Positions 1-10,336 of a stretch of 64,000 nt of DNA are shown here, one piece after another (positions within the stretch are counted from its first letter, which is position 1; the number at the start of each line of letters is the position of its first letter). The stretch comes from an uncultured bacterium (GTDB lineage Bacteria > Patescibacteriota > Minisyncoccia > Phycocordibacterales > Phycocordibacteraceae). The position numbers and the translations under genes were made by a program. Location: positions 425,363-489,362 of the forward strand of contig CAWKPH010000001.1 of the NCBI GenBank assembly GCA_963851445.1, written 5' to 3'. The notes under the pieces were generated by a model, which was not told where the DNA came from, searched no databases, and saw only the letters and a program-made list of their open reading frames with translations.

Positions 1-399
1 TACCTCACCTTAATCGAACAACAAGTTATGTGTGCGCCAACGATTTGGTTCGGGATTATCCGTCCTGTTGATCAAGAATCCTACGGTCATGAATATGGTC
101 TCATTTCAGATTTCGTGCTCCATCCGAACGCAACTCGTGACGGCATTCTTGATGTACTCGATACGGTTACATGGACAATTGCGCTTCTACTTTCTTTGAT
201 TGGTGCTGCAGTGCTACTTTGGAATGCTTCAATGCGCTGGCTTTTTCTTCCCTTACTTGGCATGCTTCTTGTAACTCTTCTCATTAACTTCTGCGCTTCA
301 TGGGCACGCGTGCTCCTGCCGATGTATCCAGTGGTGTTCATCGCTATAGGCGCCGGGATTGGTTTCTTGATGCAGAAGATGCTACGAAAAAAGATATGA
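1..399 (+). CDS. membrane protein, C-terminal part (5' end outside window)
   Basis: Frame open from nt 1 to TGA at 397-399. Hydrophobic helices (TIALLLSLIGAAVLLW, LLGMLLVTLLINF, VVFIAIGAGIGFLM). Stop overlaps next start (ATGA). Confidence 0.35.
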   Translation, partial: YLTLIEQQVMCAPTIWFGIIRPVDQESYGHEYGLISDFVLHPNATRDGILDVLDTVTWTIALLLSLIGAAVLLWNASMRWLFLPLLGMLLVTLLINFCASWARVLLPMYPVVFIAIGAGIGFLMQKMLRKKI

Positions 400-1043
400 A
401 ATCAACCCCATCTCTTCTCAGACGTGCGGAACATGAAGCACTTTCCAGCGTCATGCTTTCCGGCAGCGTCCTCGATCTGGGTGGTGAGAAAAATGCCGAA
501 TATATCTGGCATATCCGAGGCGATTTCATCGTGACCGCAGTGAATATAGATCATGCTGCAAAACCTGACATAATTCATGATCTTGAAAAGCCGCTCCCAC
601 TTCCCGATGCGTCGTTTGATCACGTGCTTCTCGTTAACGTTATGGAACATGTTTTCGAATATCGCCAACTACTCAGAGAGGCGACCCGCATCCTGAAGCC
701 TGGAGGCTTGGTTATCATAGCCGTGCCATTCCTATTTCCTATACATCCCTCCCCAAACGACTACTGGCGATTTGGCAGGCAAACCCTCGAAAGAGAGTGT
801 CAAGATGCAAAGCTTATCGTCGAAAAAATAACACCACTTGGTAAAGGTGTTTTCAGCGTACGCTATGTACTACTTGACCGTCTAATGCCCAGTCCTGTGC
901 GTTTCATCTCGCACTATACGCTTCGTTATGTGGCGCTTGCTCTCGACCGGCTATTCACAATGACCGCCCACACTCTCGGCAAGCGCTATAATCCTGCAGA
1001 ATATGCGCTTGGCTATGTCGTTCAATCTCGTAAACCGGCATGA
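396..1043 (+). CDS. class I SAM-dependent methyltransferase
   Basis: VLDLGGEKN glycine-rich motif I-like segment, LLVNVMEHV and LKPGGLVIIAVP segments typical of the Methyltransf_11/12 fold. ATG at 396 overlaps upstream stop. Confidence 0.5.
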   Translation: MKSTPSLLRRAEHEALSSVMLSGSVLDLGGEKNAEYIWHIRGDFIVTAVNIDHAAKPDIIHDLEKPLPLPDASFDHVLLVNVMEHVFEYRQLLREATRILKPGGLVIIAVPFLFPIHPSPNDYWRFGRQTLERECQDAKLIVEKITPLGKGVFSVRYVLLDRLMPSPVRFISHYTLRYVALALDRLFTMTAHTLGKRYNPAEYALGYVVQSRKPA

Positions 1044-2164
1044 GAGGTAGAAAAATAAGCCTGGTATTCGGTGTGAATGATTTCCTCATCGGGGGTATGC
1101 AACGACAATTTATCGAGCAGTTACGATTTCTCGACCGCGACCGTTTCGACGTATCACTCATCACACTTTTTGAATTTCCTGATCAGCCTGATCTTTACGA
1201 TGAGCTCCCATTACATTTAGCGGTGTATCGAATGCACTTTAAAAACGTACGGGATGTCAAGCAATGGCGAGAGCTCTATCGCTTGCTTAAGCATTTGAAG
1301 CCCGACGTTGTTATATCAAGTTTATTCTTCTCGAATACGGTCTTTAGGCTGCTGAAGCCTTTTATTGGGTACCACTCGATAGCATGCGAGCATAATACCT
1401 ACACCGAAAAGACATTCCTACAGCGTCTCACAGATAAATTGCTTGCAAATATCTCTTACCGCATTATTGCAGTTTCAAACACGGTTGCCGACTTCACCGC
1501 ACATCAAGAAGGGATCTCAAAAGATAAATTTGTGATTATACCCAACGGTATTGACGTACAAGCTTGGCAACAAGAATTCGAGAGGCTTCCCTCAAAAGAA
1601 ATAATCAGGAAAGAACTTATATTTCCTTCCGACAGCATTGTTATTCTTAATGTTGCACGTCTTATGCCACAAAAGAATCATGAGCTCCTATTGAAAGGAT
1701 TTGCTCAATTCCATAGGGGAAATCCGAAGTCCATGCTCGCGGTAGTGGGGGATGGCCCCCTGCGAAAGGAGCTGGAATCACTTACGCAGAAATTGAATAT
1801 CGAAGATTCAGTTATATTTTTTGGCATGCGCCGTGATGTTAATCGATTCTACAAAGGGAGCGATATATTTGCGCTCACTTCAGACAGAGAGGGATTCGCA
1901 CTCGTTTGTATAGAGGCAATGACTGCAGGTCTTCCAGTTATCTCAACAGTTACTGCTGGACCTGATGAATATATCGCAAATGGGGTGAATGGATTTTTAA
2001 TCCATGACGCTACAGCTACAGGTGTTGCCGACGGTATACGAGAAGTTGTTAAAGGTGATTCAGGAAAACTACGTAAAGGAGCACTCGAAACGGCGGAGCG
2101 CTATAACATTGTTTCGTCAGTCAAACTGTATGAACAATTATTCGATGACACGATACGACACTGA
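1040..2164 (+). CDS. glycosyltransferase family 4 (GT-B, group 1)
   Basis: C-terminal GT1 signature (EGFALVCIEAMTAGLPVIST, FLIHD). N-terminal GT4-like Rossmann region. ATGA overlap with upstream gene. Confidence 0.65.
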   Translation: MRGRKISLVFGVNDFLIGGMQRQFIEQLRFLDRDRFDVSLITLFEFPDQPDLYDELPLHLAVYRMHFKNVRDVKQWRELYRLLKHLKPDVVISSLFFSNTVFRLLKPFIGYHSIACEHNTYTEKTFLQRLTDKLLANISYRIIAVSNTVADFTAHQEGISKDKFVIIPNGIDVQAWQQEFERLPSKEIIRKELIFPSDSIVILNVARLMPQKNHELLLKGFAQFHRGNPKSMLAVVGDGPLRKELESLTQKLNIEDSVIFFGMRRDVNRFYKGSDIFALTSDREGFALVCIEAMTAGLPVISTVTAGPDEYIANGVNGFLIHDATATGVADGIREVVKGDSGKLRKGALETAERYNIVSSVKLYEQLFDDTIRH

Positions 2165-2247
2165 TTCTGTATGGTGGAGAAGTTCTGTCTCATATCTTTT
2201 CTTTTCATACCGCACCCGTATACTGTCCGCAAGCTAATCGATTTTGT

Positions 2248-3411
2248 ATGTCCGCCTCTATTGTCACCTTTGCGAATCTCGGAAAAAAGAGAAACCTTAA
2301 GACCGCAGATATCGTGCCGGTAATAGAAGCACTTGCGAATTCGAATGAACTGCAGCAAGTTATATGCCAGATCAATAAAGATTTTCCATTTCGTAGCACC
2401 TCACCAGCTTTCCCATTAATAGTCCGCCTTGGCATGGGTGCCTTGAGAAGGATTCCAGGACTTTCACCATCACGTCAAATGCTTGAGCGAGTGTTCGATT
2501 TTTTTGCGGCGCGTAAACTAATAGCTGTAGACGCTACATTTCTACACGGAGGGTATTTTTTATCAAGAACGACACAAAGAGCTCATGAGCTCGGGTCTAT
2601 TTCAATAGATATGGCAGTGTCAGCTCATCTGAAGACGAATGCTATGTTTGAAAAGGAAGAATTCACGCATCTAGGTTTCCCTAACTACGAGGGTCTCTAC
2701 ACGCGGCTTGTGCGTGAGTCTCACCAGGCTCATGAGTTTGATTATGTTATTGCGATGTCGAGTTTCGTAAAGGATTCATATGTGGCAGCTGGATTTCCTG
2801 TGGAGAAAATATTTATCGCGCAGCCCGACATCGATATAAGTCGTTTCCACGTCTCTTCCAAGAAGCAGGAAACATCTTTTCGCATCCTCTACATGGCCCA
2901 TACTCAGCCACTCAAGGGACTGCATTACCTCCTTGATGCATGGGAAACTTCGAATATCTTAAACGCGGAACTGGTTATTGTGGGAGGGTTCTCCGATATG
3001 CCTGACATCCTTAAGGCACGTTACATGAATCGCATAGAGAGTGATTCACGGATCACTTTGATTCCTTCCACTGAGACGCCCGAAAAGTATTATCAGGAGG
3101 CCTCGGTACTCGTTCTCCCTTCACTCTCTGAAGGTTTTGGCAGAGTAACGCTCGAAGCCATGGCGTCAGGTCTTCCTGTCATCACGACCAACAATGCAGC
3201 CGGCATTGTGGAAGAGCGTCAAACTGGCTTCATCGTACCAATTCGAGATGCTGCAACGCTTGCGGAAAAGATACAATATATTTATGAACATCGGGAAGAA
3301 GGTGAATCAATGGGGAAAAAGGCGCGACTTGCGGTCGAACGGAAAAAGCCCTTTGGTGAATTGGTGTACGGCATCTACCAAGAAATTCTTAGACGAGAGC
3401 ACAAAATATGA
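2248..3411 (+). CDS. glycosyltransferase family 4 (GT-B, group 1)
   Basis: EGFGRVTLEAMASGLPVITT followed by GFIVP, a classic GT1/GT4 C-terminal domain. Confidence 0.65.
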   Translation: MSASIVTFANLGKKRNLKTADIVPVIEALANSNELQQVICQINKDFPFRSTSPAFPLIVRLGMGALRRIPGLSPSRQMLERVFDFFAARKLIAVDATFLHGGYFLSRTTQRAHELGSISIDMAVSAHLKTNAMFEKEEFTHLGFPNYEGLYTRLVRESHQAHEFDYVIAMSSFVKDSYVAAGFPVEKIFIAQPDIDISRFHVSSKKQETSFRILYMAHTQPLKGLHYLLDAWETSNILNAELVIVGGFSDMPDILKARYMNRIESDSRITLIPSTETPEKYYQEASVLVLPSLSEGFGRVTLEAMASGLPVITTNNAAGIVEERQTGFIVPIRDAATLAEKIQYIYEHREEGESMGKKARLAVERKKPFGELVYGIYQEILRREHKI

Positions 3412-4187
3412 AATTTGTAATTCGAGATGATGATCTGAATTATTTCAGCAAGCCAGCCGACATTGAGCGGTGGTATTCGGACATATTCGCGCAGGGCATA
3501 CCAGTCGGATTTTCAGCAATTCCGTTTGTTAAACCGATAAGTGATGTATACACAAACGACGCGCCAAGAGAGGATAGAGAATATCCAATCAGTCAAAACA
3601 CTGAGCTCGTGACGTATGTTAGGGGGAATCCGCTTATTGAAATACTCCAGCATGGGACAACCCATGAGACGAGGAAGGGAGTCTTCGAATATGCTGGACA
3701 GGTGCCCCCAAGAGAAGCGAAGCGTGGCAGGGAAGAGCTCGAGCATGCCTTCGGTACGTCCGTCGACATTTTCGTTCCGCCACACGACTGGCTTGGAACG
3801 AGTGGCGTCCATGCCGTTGAGGCTGCAGGTATGAACGTCATCCGCGGCCGCGGCGCCGGCTTACGGAATTGGATATTTCGTCCGCACTATATCCTGAATT
3901 TTTTCAGGATGCTCACCTACAAAACTTGGCATTCCTTGACTGGCAAAGTCCCCGCCTATCCGTACATACTTGATTTTGGTCGGCATGAAGAAGCATGTTC
4001 GTATCGGCTTGAGGATACGGACTTATTTGAAGGACTTACATACGCACAAAAAAAGAAGGGTATCTTTGTTGTCGTGACCCATCTACATTATTTTGACGAC
4101 GAGAAGAAAGATCGTCTCAAGCGCCTGCTCACGAACGCTCATAAACTCGACGCTCAATTCGTTTCCCCAAGCGTACTTTTTAGTTAA
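3408..4187 (+). CDS. polysaccharide deacetylase-like protein (DUF2334/CE4-like)
   Basis: N-terminal FVIRDDD and HGTTHE motifs resemble NodB/DUF2334 deacetylase motifs. Start overlaps stop of upstream GT (ATGA). Confidence 0.4.
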   Translation: MKFVIRDDDLNYFSKPADIERWYSDIFAQGIPVGFSAIPFVKPISDVYTNDAPREDREYPISQNTELVTYVRGNPLIEILQHGTTHETRKGVFEYAGQVPPREAKRGREELEHAFGTSVDIFVPPHDWLGTSGVHAVEAAGMNVIRGRGAGLRNWIFRPHYILNFFRMLTYKTWHSLTGKVPAYPYILDFGRHEEACSYRLEDTDLFEGLTYAQKKKGIFVVVTHLHYFDDEKKDRLKRLLTNAHKLDAQFVSPSVLFS

Positions 4188-4195
4188 ACTCGGGG

Positions 4196-5164
4196 CTAGC
4201 TGCTTCCTGTAGAACGCTTCGAATACAGTGAAGACACAATATATAATGGCCGATCTTGTACCTCGGTATAGATTCTCCCGATATAGGTTCCTAAAATACC
4301 GAGCACTATCATCTGCACACCTCCCATAAAGAGTATTGAGATAATGATTGTAGTTGTCCCTTCTATAATCTGTGCAGGATGAAATAACTTTATATATAGA
4401 ACGTACAGGATCCCGGCTGCGCTAACTAAGGATATCATCGCACCAATCTGGGCGATGAGCCTGAGTGGCATCGTCGAGAAACTTGTAACCCCATCAACGG
4501 CGAGTCTAAGCATTTTGCCAAGCGAGTAGCCAGTTTTACCAGCGAATCGTGCCTCACGGTCGTAGAGCACCGCTGTTTGTTTGAATCCAACATATGCAAC
4601 CAAGCCGCGCATAAAACGATTTTTTTCTTTAAATCGGCCGATGGTATCAATTACTTTACGATCGAGGAGTCGGAAATCCCCAGTGTCTCTTGGTATTTTG
4701 ATTTCCGCTAGATGATCAAGTAAGCGATAGAAAAGATACGCAGTATGTTTTTTAAAAGCACTATCCTGCCGTGTGCGTCTACGCGCATACACAACATCAG
4801 AACCCTCCTCCCACTCGCGCACCAATTCAAGGCTCACTGCCGGGGGATCTTGAAGGTCAGCATCCATAATCACTACTGCATCTCCCCGAACAAAATCGAG
4901 ACCTGCGGTTATTGCCCACTGATGTCCAAAGTTACGCGAGAAGTTCAACACGTGCACGCGAGAGTCGCGATGATGTATTGCGATGAGCTTCTCAAGTGTT
5001 CCATCAGTGCTCCCGTCGTTAACAAAAACGATTTCCACTTCGTATTTCTTTTCCAGTGTTGCTAAGACGGGGTGGAGTGCAGCAAATAATGCGTCTACCG
5101 ATCCTGCCTCGTTATAGCAGGGGATAACGTAAGAAATACGTTTCTTTTGAGAGAGTAAGGCCAT
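4196..5164 (-). CDS. GT2 polyprenyl-phosphate sugar transferase (GtrB/ArnC-like)
   Basis: YVIPCYNE, VFVNDGSTDGT, MDADLQDPP motifs plus two C-terminal TM helices, the typical bactoprenol-phosphate glycosyltransferase architecture. Confidence 0.7.
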   Translation of the reverse strand: MALLSQKKRISYVIPCYNEAGSVDALFAALHPVLATLEKKYEVEIVFVNDGSTDGTLEKLIAIHHRDSRVHVLNFSRNFGHQWAITAGLDFVRGDAVVIMDADLQDPPAVSLELVREWEEGSDVVYARRRTRQDSAFKKHTAYLFYRLLDHLAEIKIPRDTGDFRLLDRKVIDTIGRFKEKNRFMRGLVAYVGFKQTAVLYDREARFAGKTGYSLGKMLRLAVDGVTSFSTMPLRLIAQIGAMISLVSAAGILYVLYIKLFHPAQIIEGTTTIIISILFMGGVQMIVLGILGTYIGRIYTEVQDRPLYIVSSLYSKRSTGSS

Positions 5165-5225
5165 GAATCTATAGTAACTCGTTCATGCTACACTTCCCTC
5201 ATTCCTGTGCAAGTCGCAGAATCCT

Positions 5226-6392
5226 ATGGAGCAAAGCATTTTCGATTTACATAAAACCATCGAATCGTCATGGTGGTATCGTGGTCGTATTCAGGCTGTT
5301 CTCGCTGCCGTAGGGTATACCCCAGCACCCGAAACCCTGTCAGCTATTGATTACGGAGCTGGATACGGCGGAATGGAGGGCACATGTGAGCATTTTGCAA
5401 AGACTGTCGATGCATTCGAACCCAATGAAGAGGCACGCTCGTTCGCTTCGAAGCGCGGCTATCGAAAGACATTCTCCGAGGGACAGGATGCCCTTAAGGG
5501 ACACCATGATTACATATGTCTCTTTGACGTGCTTGAACACATTGAGGATGATGGAAATTTCCTCGAACTTGCCAAACATACTCTCGAGCCCTCGGGACGT
5601 CTCGTAGTAACGGTACCGGCATATATGTCGTTATGGAGCGAGCACGACGTGGCAAACCATCACTATCGCCGCTATACGAAAGATTCACTTTGTGAATTAC
5701 TTGTTGCTCATGGATATGTCATAGAATATGCAAGCTATTGGAACTGCCTACTCCTTATTCCTGCTGCACTCATGAGGCTTGTCGGCAAGTCGGGCAAAGA
5801 AGGTCTTACGCCACCTTCTTTCATAAATGCACTCCTCTATAGACTTGTGTATATTGAAGCGGCCATACTTCGGCATACGCCACTTCCGTTTGGCTTAAGC
5901 ATTGTTGCAGTTGCGCACGTAGGAGCTGCGAAGCCTGCCGTCCCCAGGCTTATAGCGAAGCTCGGTTTTCTCATGCGATACGGCATTTCAGGCCTGATTG
6001 GTGGGGCAATTCAAACGGTGTTCCTGTATATATGGGTTTCTGCGCTTGGATTTAGCCGTACCTACTTTCTCGGTCTTGTATTTGGATTTGTGATTGCGCT
6101 TGTCGTGAACTTCATACTTCAGAAATACTGGACGTTCCGCGATCGGCAAACACATCACACATCGAGGCAATTTCTTTTATATGGGGCGATCGCACTTGCG
6201 GGGCTTGCGCTTAATATTGGGCTTCTTGCTGGAGCGAGAATACTACTCGAATCGCTCGGAGTTAATTTCTTCAATGGTTGGTATCTCGTCGTTCAGATTC
6301 TTAATTTCTGCATTGTCTCGGCCTTCACTCTCTGTATGAATTTTCTCTTTACCTTTCGTGACGTGCGGCGAACACATTCCTATGAAAAATAA
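5226..6392 (+). CDS. SAM-methyltransferase / GtrA-family membrane domain fusion protein
   Basis: N-terminal class I MTase motifs (IDYGAGYGG, ICLFDVLEHIED, LEPSGRLVV). C-terminal four-TM region with the GtrA signature (GGAIQTVFLYIWVSALGF...NFILQKYWTFRD). Confidence 0.6.
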   Translation: MEQSIFDLHKTIESSWWYRGRIQAVLAAVGYTPAPETLSAIDYGAGYGGMEGTCEHFAKTVDAFEPNEEARSFASKRGYRKTFSEGQDALKGHHDYICLFDVLEHIEDDGNFLELAKHTLEPSGRLVVTVPAYMSLWSEHDVANHHYRRYTKDSLCELLVAHGYVIEYASYWNCLLLIPAALMRLVGKSGKEGLTPPSFINALLYRLVYIEAAILRHTPLPFGLSIVAVAHVGAAKPAVPRLIAKLGFLMRYGISGLIGGAIQTVFLYIWVSALGFSRTYFLGLVFGFVIALVVNFILQKYWTFRDRQTHHTSRQFLLYGAIALAGLALNIGLLAGARILLESLGVNFFNGWYLVVQILNFCIVSAFTLCMNFLFTFRDVRRTHSYEK

Positions 6393-7287
6393 TTCCGAGA
6401 ATCCAGATCTAGTCATTGTCCTTCCAACAAAAGACCGTCGGACACTGCTTGAGCGTGCGCTCGGGAGTGTGCGGGAGCAGTCATATCAGAATTATCGCGT
6501 TGTGATCATTAATGACGGTTCGAATGATAGTACACGCCAGTATCTAGATACACTTGCGGATTTGCACGTACAGGTCATTCATCATGAAAAAGCACGAGGC
6601 GTAAACGCCGCCCGGAATGCCGCATTCAAGACTCTTAAAGAAGGCGAATGGGCTGTACAGCTTGATGATGACGACATGCTCCTACCAAACGCACTTATGA
6701 CCACTGCTAACGTAATCGCAAAAAGCCCACCACACATACAAGTTCTCTGCTTTAACGCAATTACCCGTACCCCGGAAGAGGAGTATGTAAGTGGTCTTCA
6801 ATTCGAGAGAGGAGAAGAGTGGTTCGACCCCACATACGAAAATCTCATGCTCGGCATCCGTACGCGAGGAGACACGCGCATGGTTTTAAAATGGACGCTT
6901 TTCCCAAAATACCTGTTTGCCGAGGACATCAATGGATTTGAGGGCGAGTGGTGGTTGTTGTTGGGACATGATGGTATCGGCATTAGATACCTCCCAGAAC
7001 AAACTACCTTGATAGATCAAGCCCATGGAAGTGAACAATTAAGCAATGTAGCCGGTAGACGAGATCCGGCATCGTTTGTACGGGCATATCGTCGCATTTT
7101 CCATACACACGCAAAATTCTTTAGATCGCATCCTCGCCAATCAATGCCAAGTGCCATGAGCGCCACGAAGTTCGCAATTCGCGCTGTAGATATTTCTGCA
7201 GCCCTATACTTTTTCCTCCTCTATATTCGCGGATTCCTCAAACTCCATCTTGGGACTAAGAGGCCTAAAGAAGAGAAAAAGCGTTAG
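6382..7287 (+). CDS. glycosyltransferase family 2
   Basis: LVIVLPTKDR, YRVVIINDGSNDST and LDDDD motifs of GT-A/GT2. 3' end overlaps the convergent flippase gene by about 80 nt, so one boundary may be shorter. Confidence 0.55.
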   Translation: MKNNSENPDLVIVLPTKDRRTLLERALGSVREQSYQNYRVVIINDGSNDSTRQYLDTLADLHVQVIHHEKARGVNAARNAAFKTLKEGEWAVQLDDDDMLLPNALMTTANVIAKSPPHIQVLCFNAITRTPEEEYVSGLQFERGEEWFDPTYENLMLGIRTRGDTRMVLKWTLFPKYLFAEDINGFEGEWWLLLGHDGIGIRYLPEQTTLIDQAHGSEQLSNVAGRRDPASFVRAYRRIFHTHAKFFRSHPRQSMPSAMSATKFAIRAVDISAALYFFLLYIRGFLKLHLGTKRPKEEKKR

Positions 7288-8508
7288 GAGGATTGTAACA
7301 AAACTTGTAATGAGTTGTGCGGCAATCATTCCAGGGATGCCATACCTAATCAAGAGCGGTACTTGTAAGAGAATAAGCAACACAGGCTGGGAGAATCCGA
7401 TAACGTATATTTCTCGGGTAAAACGCTTTGCGTAGAGTAAAGAATTTATGACGTTCGTGATCGCAATAAGTGCAATAATAGCTGCAAAAGCCTGCGTATA
7501 CGGTATTGCAGAAAGATATTTAGGAAAAAGGAGGTGAAAAATAATAGGCGCAATAAGGGCGTAAGCCAATGCTGCGAAAATTCCAAATATGGCTATCCTC
7601 CAGACCTTTTCGAGAATATGCTTACGTAAATTGGAAAGCGACTGGTTGGCAAAACGCGGAAGGGAAGCGGTACCTATAAAATTGAAAAGACTGCCTGCTC
7701 GTTCCGGGAGTAACGTCGCAAAGCTGTAAACTGCAAGCTGGATCGAGCCAAGGAAGTGGAAGACCAGTATGGAATCGAGTTGATTCAAAAGACCAACCGC
7801 GCTAAGAACACTTAAATGTCGTCCGTATGGAATCGTTTTTGGATCAATCTTGGCGTTCGGCTTATAAAGATCGAGCGTTTTAAAGTACGCATACAAAGTA
7901 CCGATCAAGTTGACCCCAAGATTCACGATGATAAGCACAGCGGCGTCTTTAGCAAAAAGAATAGCGAGAAACATTGAGCCATACGATGCAACCGTGATAA
8001 GTGAACCGAGATAAAAGCCCCGCCTGAAATCACGTTTGCCTTCGAGAAGTGCGGCATAGGTGTTAAAGACATTCACCAGTGGCGTTAGAATCCCGATTGC
8101 TATAAGGCCAATCCCGATGTCAGTAACGCCGTGCGCGAAATAGTAAAAAGCAACGGCAAGAACAAGTAGTCCAGGGATAGGCATCCACTCCAATTGCGCC
8201 CGAACAGCTTTGCGCAGCACGCCCTCGTAACCGCGCGCAACTGCCTGGGCCACAGCGCTATTCATGCCCGGGAGAGATATTGACGCTACGAGGCCCGAGA
8301 TCGAAAGGAGATACTGATAAAGTCCATACGTTGCGGGCGGTAGCAGGTTTGCGTAGGCGATGGAGAGTAAAAACGAAAGAAATGCTGTAATAATAACGCC
8401 AAGATTTAGCCACCACCCAGCCCGTATGAGATACACCATGTCGGTCTTGGTATACCGCTCTGTCCAGCGCAGGAAGCGCGTCAAAATCTCCTGTCCCTGC
8501 TCTTGCAT
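7204..8508 (-). CDS. polysaccharide/oligosaccharide flippase (Wzx-like, MOP superfamily)
   Basis: 434 aa with about 12 predicted TM helices, Polysacc_synt-like N-terminal region, located inside the glycan cluster. Confidence 0.55.
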   Translation of the reverse strand: MQEQGQEILTRFLRWTERYTKTDMVYLIRAGWWLNLGVIITAFLSFLLSIAYANLLPPATYGLYQYLLSISGLVASISLPGMNSAVAQAVARGYEGVLRKAVRAQLEWMPIPGLLVLAVAFYYFAHGVTDIGIGLIAIGILTPLVNVFNTYAALLEGKRDFRRGFYLGSLITVASYGSMFLAILFAKDAAVLIIVNLGVNLIGTLYAYFKTLDLYKPNAKIDPKTIPYGRHLSVLSAVGLLNQLDSILVFHFLGSIQLAVYSFATLLPERAGSLFNFIGTASLPRFANQSLSNLRKHILEKVWRIAIFGIFAALAYALIAPIIFHLLFPKYLSAIPYTQAFAAIIALIAITNVINSLLYAKRFTREIYVIGFSQPVLLILLQVPLLIRYGIPGMIAAQLITSFVTILLTLFLFFRPLSPKMEFEESANIEEEKV

Positions 8509-8547
8509 AGAGTCATAATACTACTTCGTTATACTATAGGTACGAAG

Positions 8548-9663
8548 TATATGAAAAAACCCCTGAGGATCCTAGTTGCGCTCATTGGCGCTATTGGCGA
8601 TTCTCTCATGACCTTGGCGCTCTTCGATGACGTATTGTCGGTAGAAAAAGATGCTAAATTTCTCGTCATTACTCGACGGAACACAAAACTCATTGCAGAT
8701 CTTGCGCGTGCGTACCCCCAAGTGGAAGTGCGAGAGATAGCCGGTAATTTAAGATCCATACCTCTCTACCTATATGTGTTCACGAAACGATGGACTCTTC
8801 TTGCTCTCGGTGTAGCTCTCCACTATTCGTTCCAAATAAAATGTTTCTTTTTTGCACTAGGAATATCGGGTAACCGCACCGTAGGGCTTGATGATCGGCT
8901 ACACGGCGAACGGCATTGGTTGCCGCTTCAGGTAGCTGTTATGCCAAAGGAAAAGCTTATTATCGGAAATTTCCGACGGCTTCTCCAATACGTAGATGGT
9001 TTCAGCGAAACGACGGTTAACGAATTGATGAAGCGTCCGCCGCTCCTACGGATTGAGACGAGTATGCCAAAAGAGTTCCAATATGAAAAAGGCAGATACT
9101 TTGTCGTACATCTTTTTGGTAATGCACGATATCGTTCGTTCCCGATACATCGATGGATATCTCTACTGGGTATTCTTTCCCACGCATACCCAACGCTCCC
9201 GATTATATTTACTGGTTCTGAAAAAGACCGTGTTTTTGTTCAAGAAGTTGCGGATGCAATACCTAACGCGCATGTCTTTATCGATTACCCGATACTCGAA
9301 GTAGCATGGCTTGTCGATAATGCGGTGCTATATATCGGTGTCGATACAGGCATTACTCATTTGGCAGGAGTGTTAAATAAGAAAAGTCTTATTCTTGGCC
9401 ATTTGGGTGAAACACGCTGGCTTGCTTTGTACAACCCAAATGCGCGCATACTCGTTAATTCTGTCCGTTGCATATGTTCTGAAGGTAGATGTTATGAAGT
9501 CGAGAATGGAATCGAGTATCGACGCTGCCTCTATGACATTTCCGATGAGGCATTTTTTTCTTCAGTAACGTTGGCTCTTTCGTCACCCCAAAATTCAATA
9601 CCCTTATTCGCGGGTCTCTTTGATGAAAACCGAACCAACTCACTTCCGTCAAGTTTTGTCTAG
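8548..9663 (+). CDS. glycosyltransferase family 9 (heptosyltransferase-like)
   Basis: N-terminal KPLRILVALIGAIGDSLMT and C-terminal GVDTGITHLAGVLNKKSLIL match the GT9 RfaF/RfaC-type motifs. Start taken at MKKPL; the upstream in-frame extension is unlikely. Confidence 0.5.
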   Translation, partial: YMKKPLRILVALIGAIGDSLMTLALFDDVLSVEKDAKFLVITRRNTKLIADLARAYPQVEVREIAGNLRSIPLYLYVFTKRWTLLALGVALHYSFQIKCFFFALGISGNRTVGLDDRLHGERHWLPLQVAVMPKEKLIIGNFRRLLQYVDGFSETTVNELMKRPPLLRIETSMPKEFQYEKGRYFVVHLFGNARYRSFPIHRWISLLGILSHAYPTLPIIFTGSEKDRVFVQEVADAIPNAHVFIDYPILEVAWLVDNAVLYIGVDTGITHLAGVLNKKSLILGHLGETRWLALYNPNARILVNSVRCICSEGRCYEVENGIEYRRCLYDISDEAFFSSVTLALSSPQNSIPLFAGLFDENRTNSLPSSFV

Positions 9664-9684
9664 GATGCTATACTAGCCCCAATT

Positions 9685-10275
9685 ATGGCTGAACTGCTCG
9701 CACCTCAGATTTATGAGCTCAAAGGTTTTACCGATAATATTCTCCCTGGAAAGTTGCTTGATGTTGGTTGCGGTATGCGTAAACTTCCGGGAGCCATGGG
9801 TATGGATATAATTCCTCTTCCAACGGTTGATATCGTACACGATATGAATAAAATCCCTTGGCCTATTGAGGACAACACATTTGACCTCATTCTCCTTAAT
9901 CATGCCCTTGAACATGTAGCGGACGTCGTGCAGACCATGAACGAAATCCATCGAGTTTGTAAGGCAGATGGTAGGGTAGTCGTACAAGTCCCATATTTTC
10001 GGTCAGTAGACGCTTATACTGACCCAACGCATATTCATTTCTTCACTTCCGATACTCTTGAGTGTTTTGTTGCTCAGACCAGTCACACTAAGTATCATTA
10101 TACGAATGCCTATTTCCATAAGGTCGGCTTTTGGTTTGGCTATCCACAATCTTCGCAAAATCCTTTGAAGCGATTGGTAAAATCCTTTATGTATAAGCAT
10201 CCGCGCCTGTACGACCAGTACCTTTCGCTCATTGCGCCCATGAGCTGCCTCACTTGGGAGCTTCAGAAGATCTGA
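9685..10275 (+). CDS. class I SAM-dependent methyltransferase
   Basis: LLDVGCGMRKLPGAMGMD (motif I) and DLILLNHALEHV, ADGRVVVQVPY (Methyltransf_11/23-like). Confidence 0.55.
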   Translation: MAELLAPQIYELKGFTDNILPGKLLDVGCGMRKLPGAMGMDIIPLPTVDIVHDMNKIPWPIEDNTFDLILLNHALEHVADVVQTMNEIHRVCKADGRVVVQVPYFRSVDAYTDPTHIHFFTSDTLECFVAQTSHTKYHYTNAYFHKVGFWFGYPQSSQNPLKRLVKSFMYKHPRLYDQYLSLIAPMSCLTWELQKI

Positions 10276-10336
10276 TCATTTTGCATACAAGACATTTCTG
10301 TCATATCACTTAAGATGCTATATACTTACAATCATT

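Noticed and set aside
2004-2435. Small ORFs between and around the two GT4 genes (2004..2237 +, 2101..2358 -, 2205..2435 -)
   Set aside because: They overlap the real GT4 coding ends or starts, have no motifs, and are low-complexity. Likely non-coding.
8503-8547. Upstream extension of the GT9-like gene (MHRVIILLRYTIGTKY...)
   Set aside because: It overlaps the divergent flippase start, and the conserved GT9 N-terminal motif begins at MKKPLRILV. The later ATG is more plausible.
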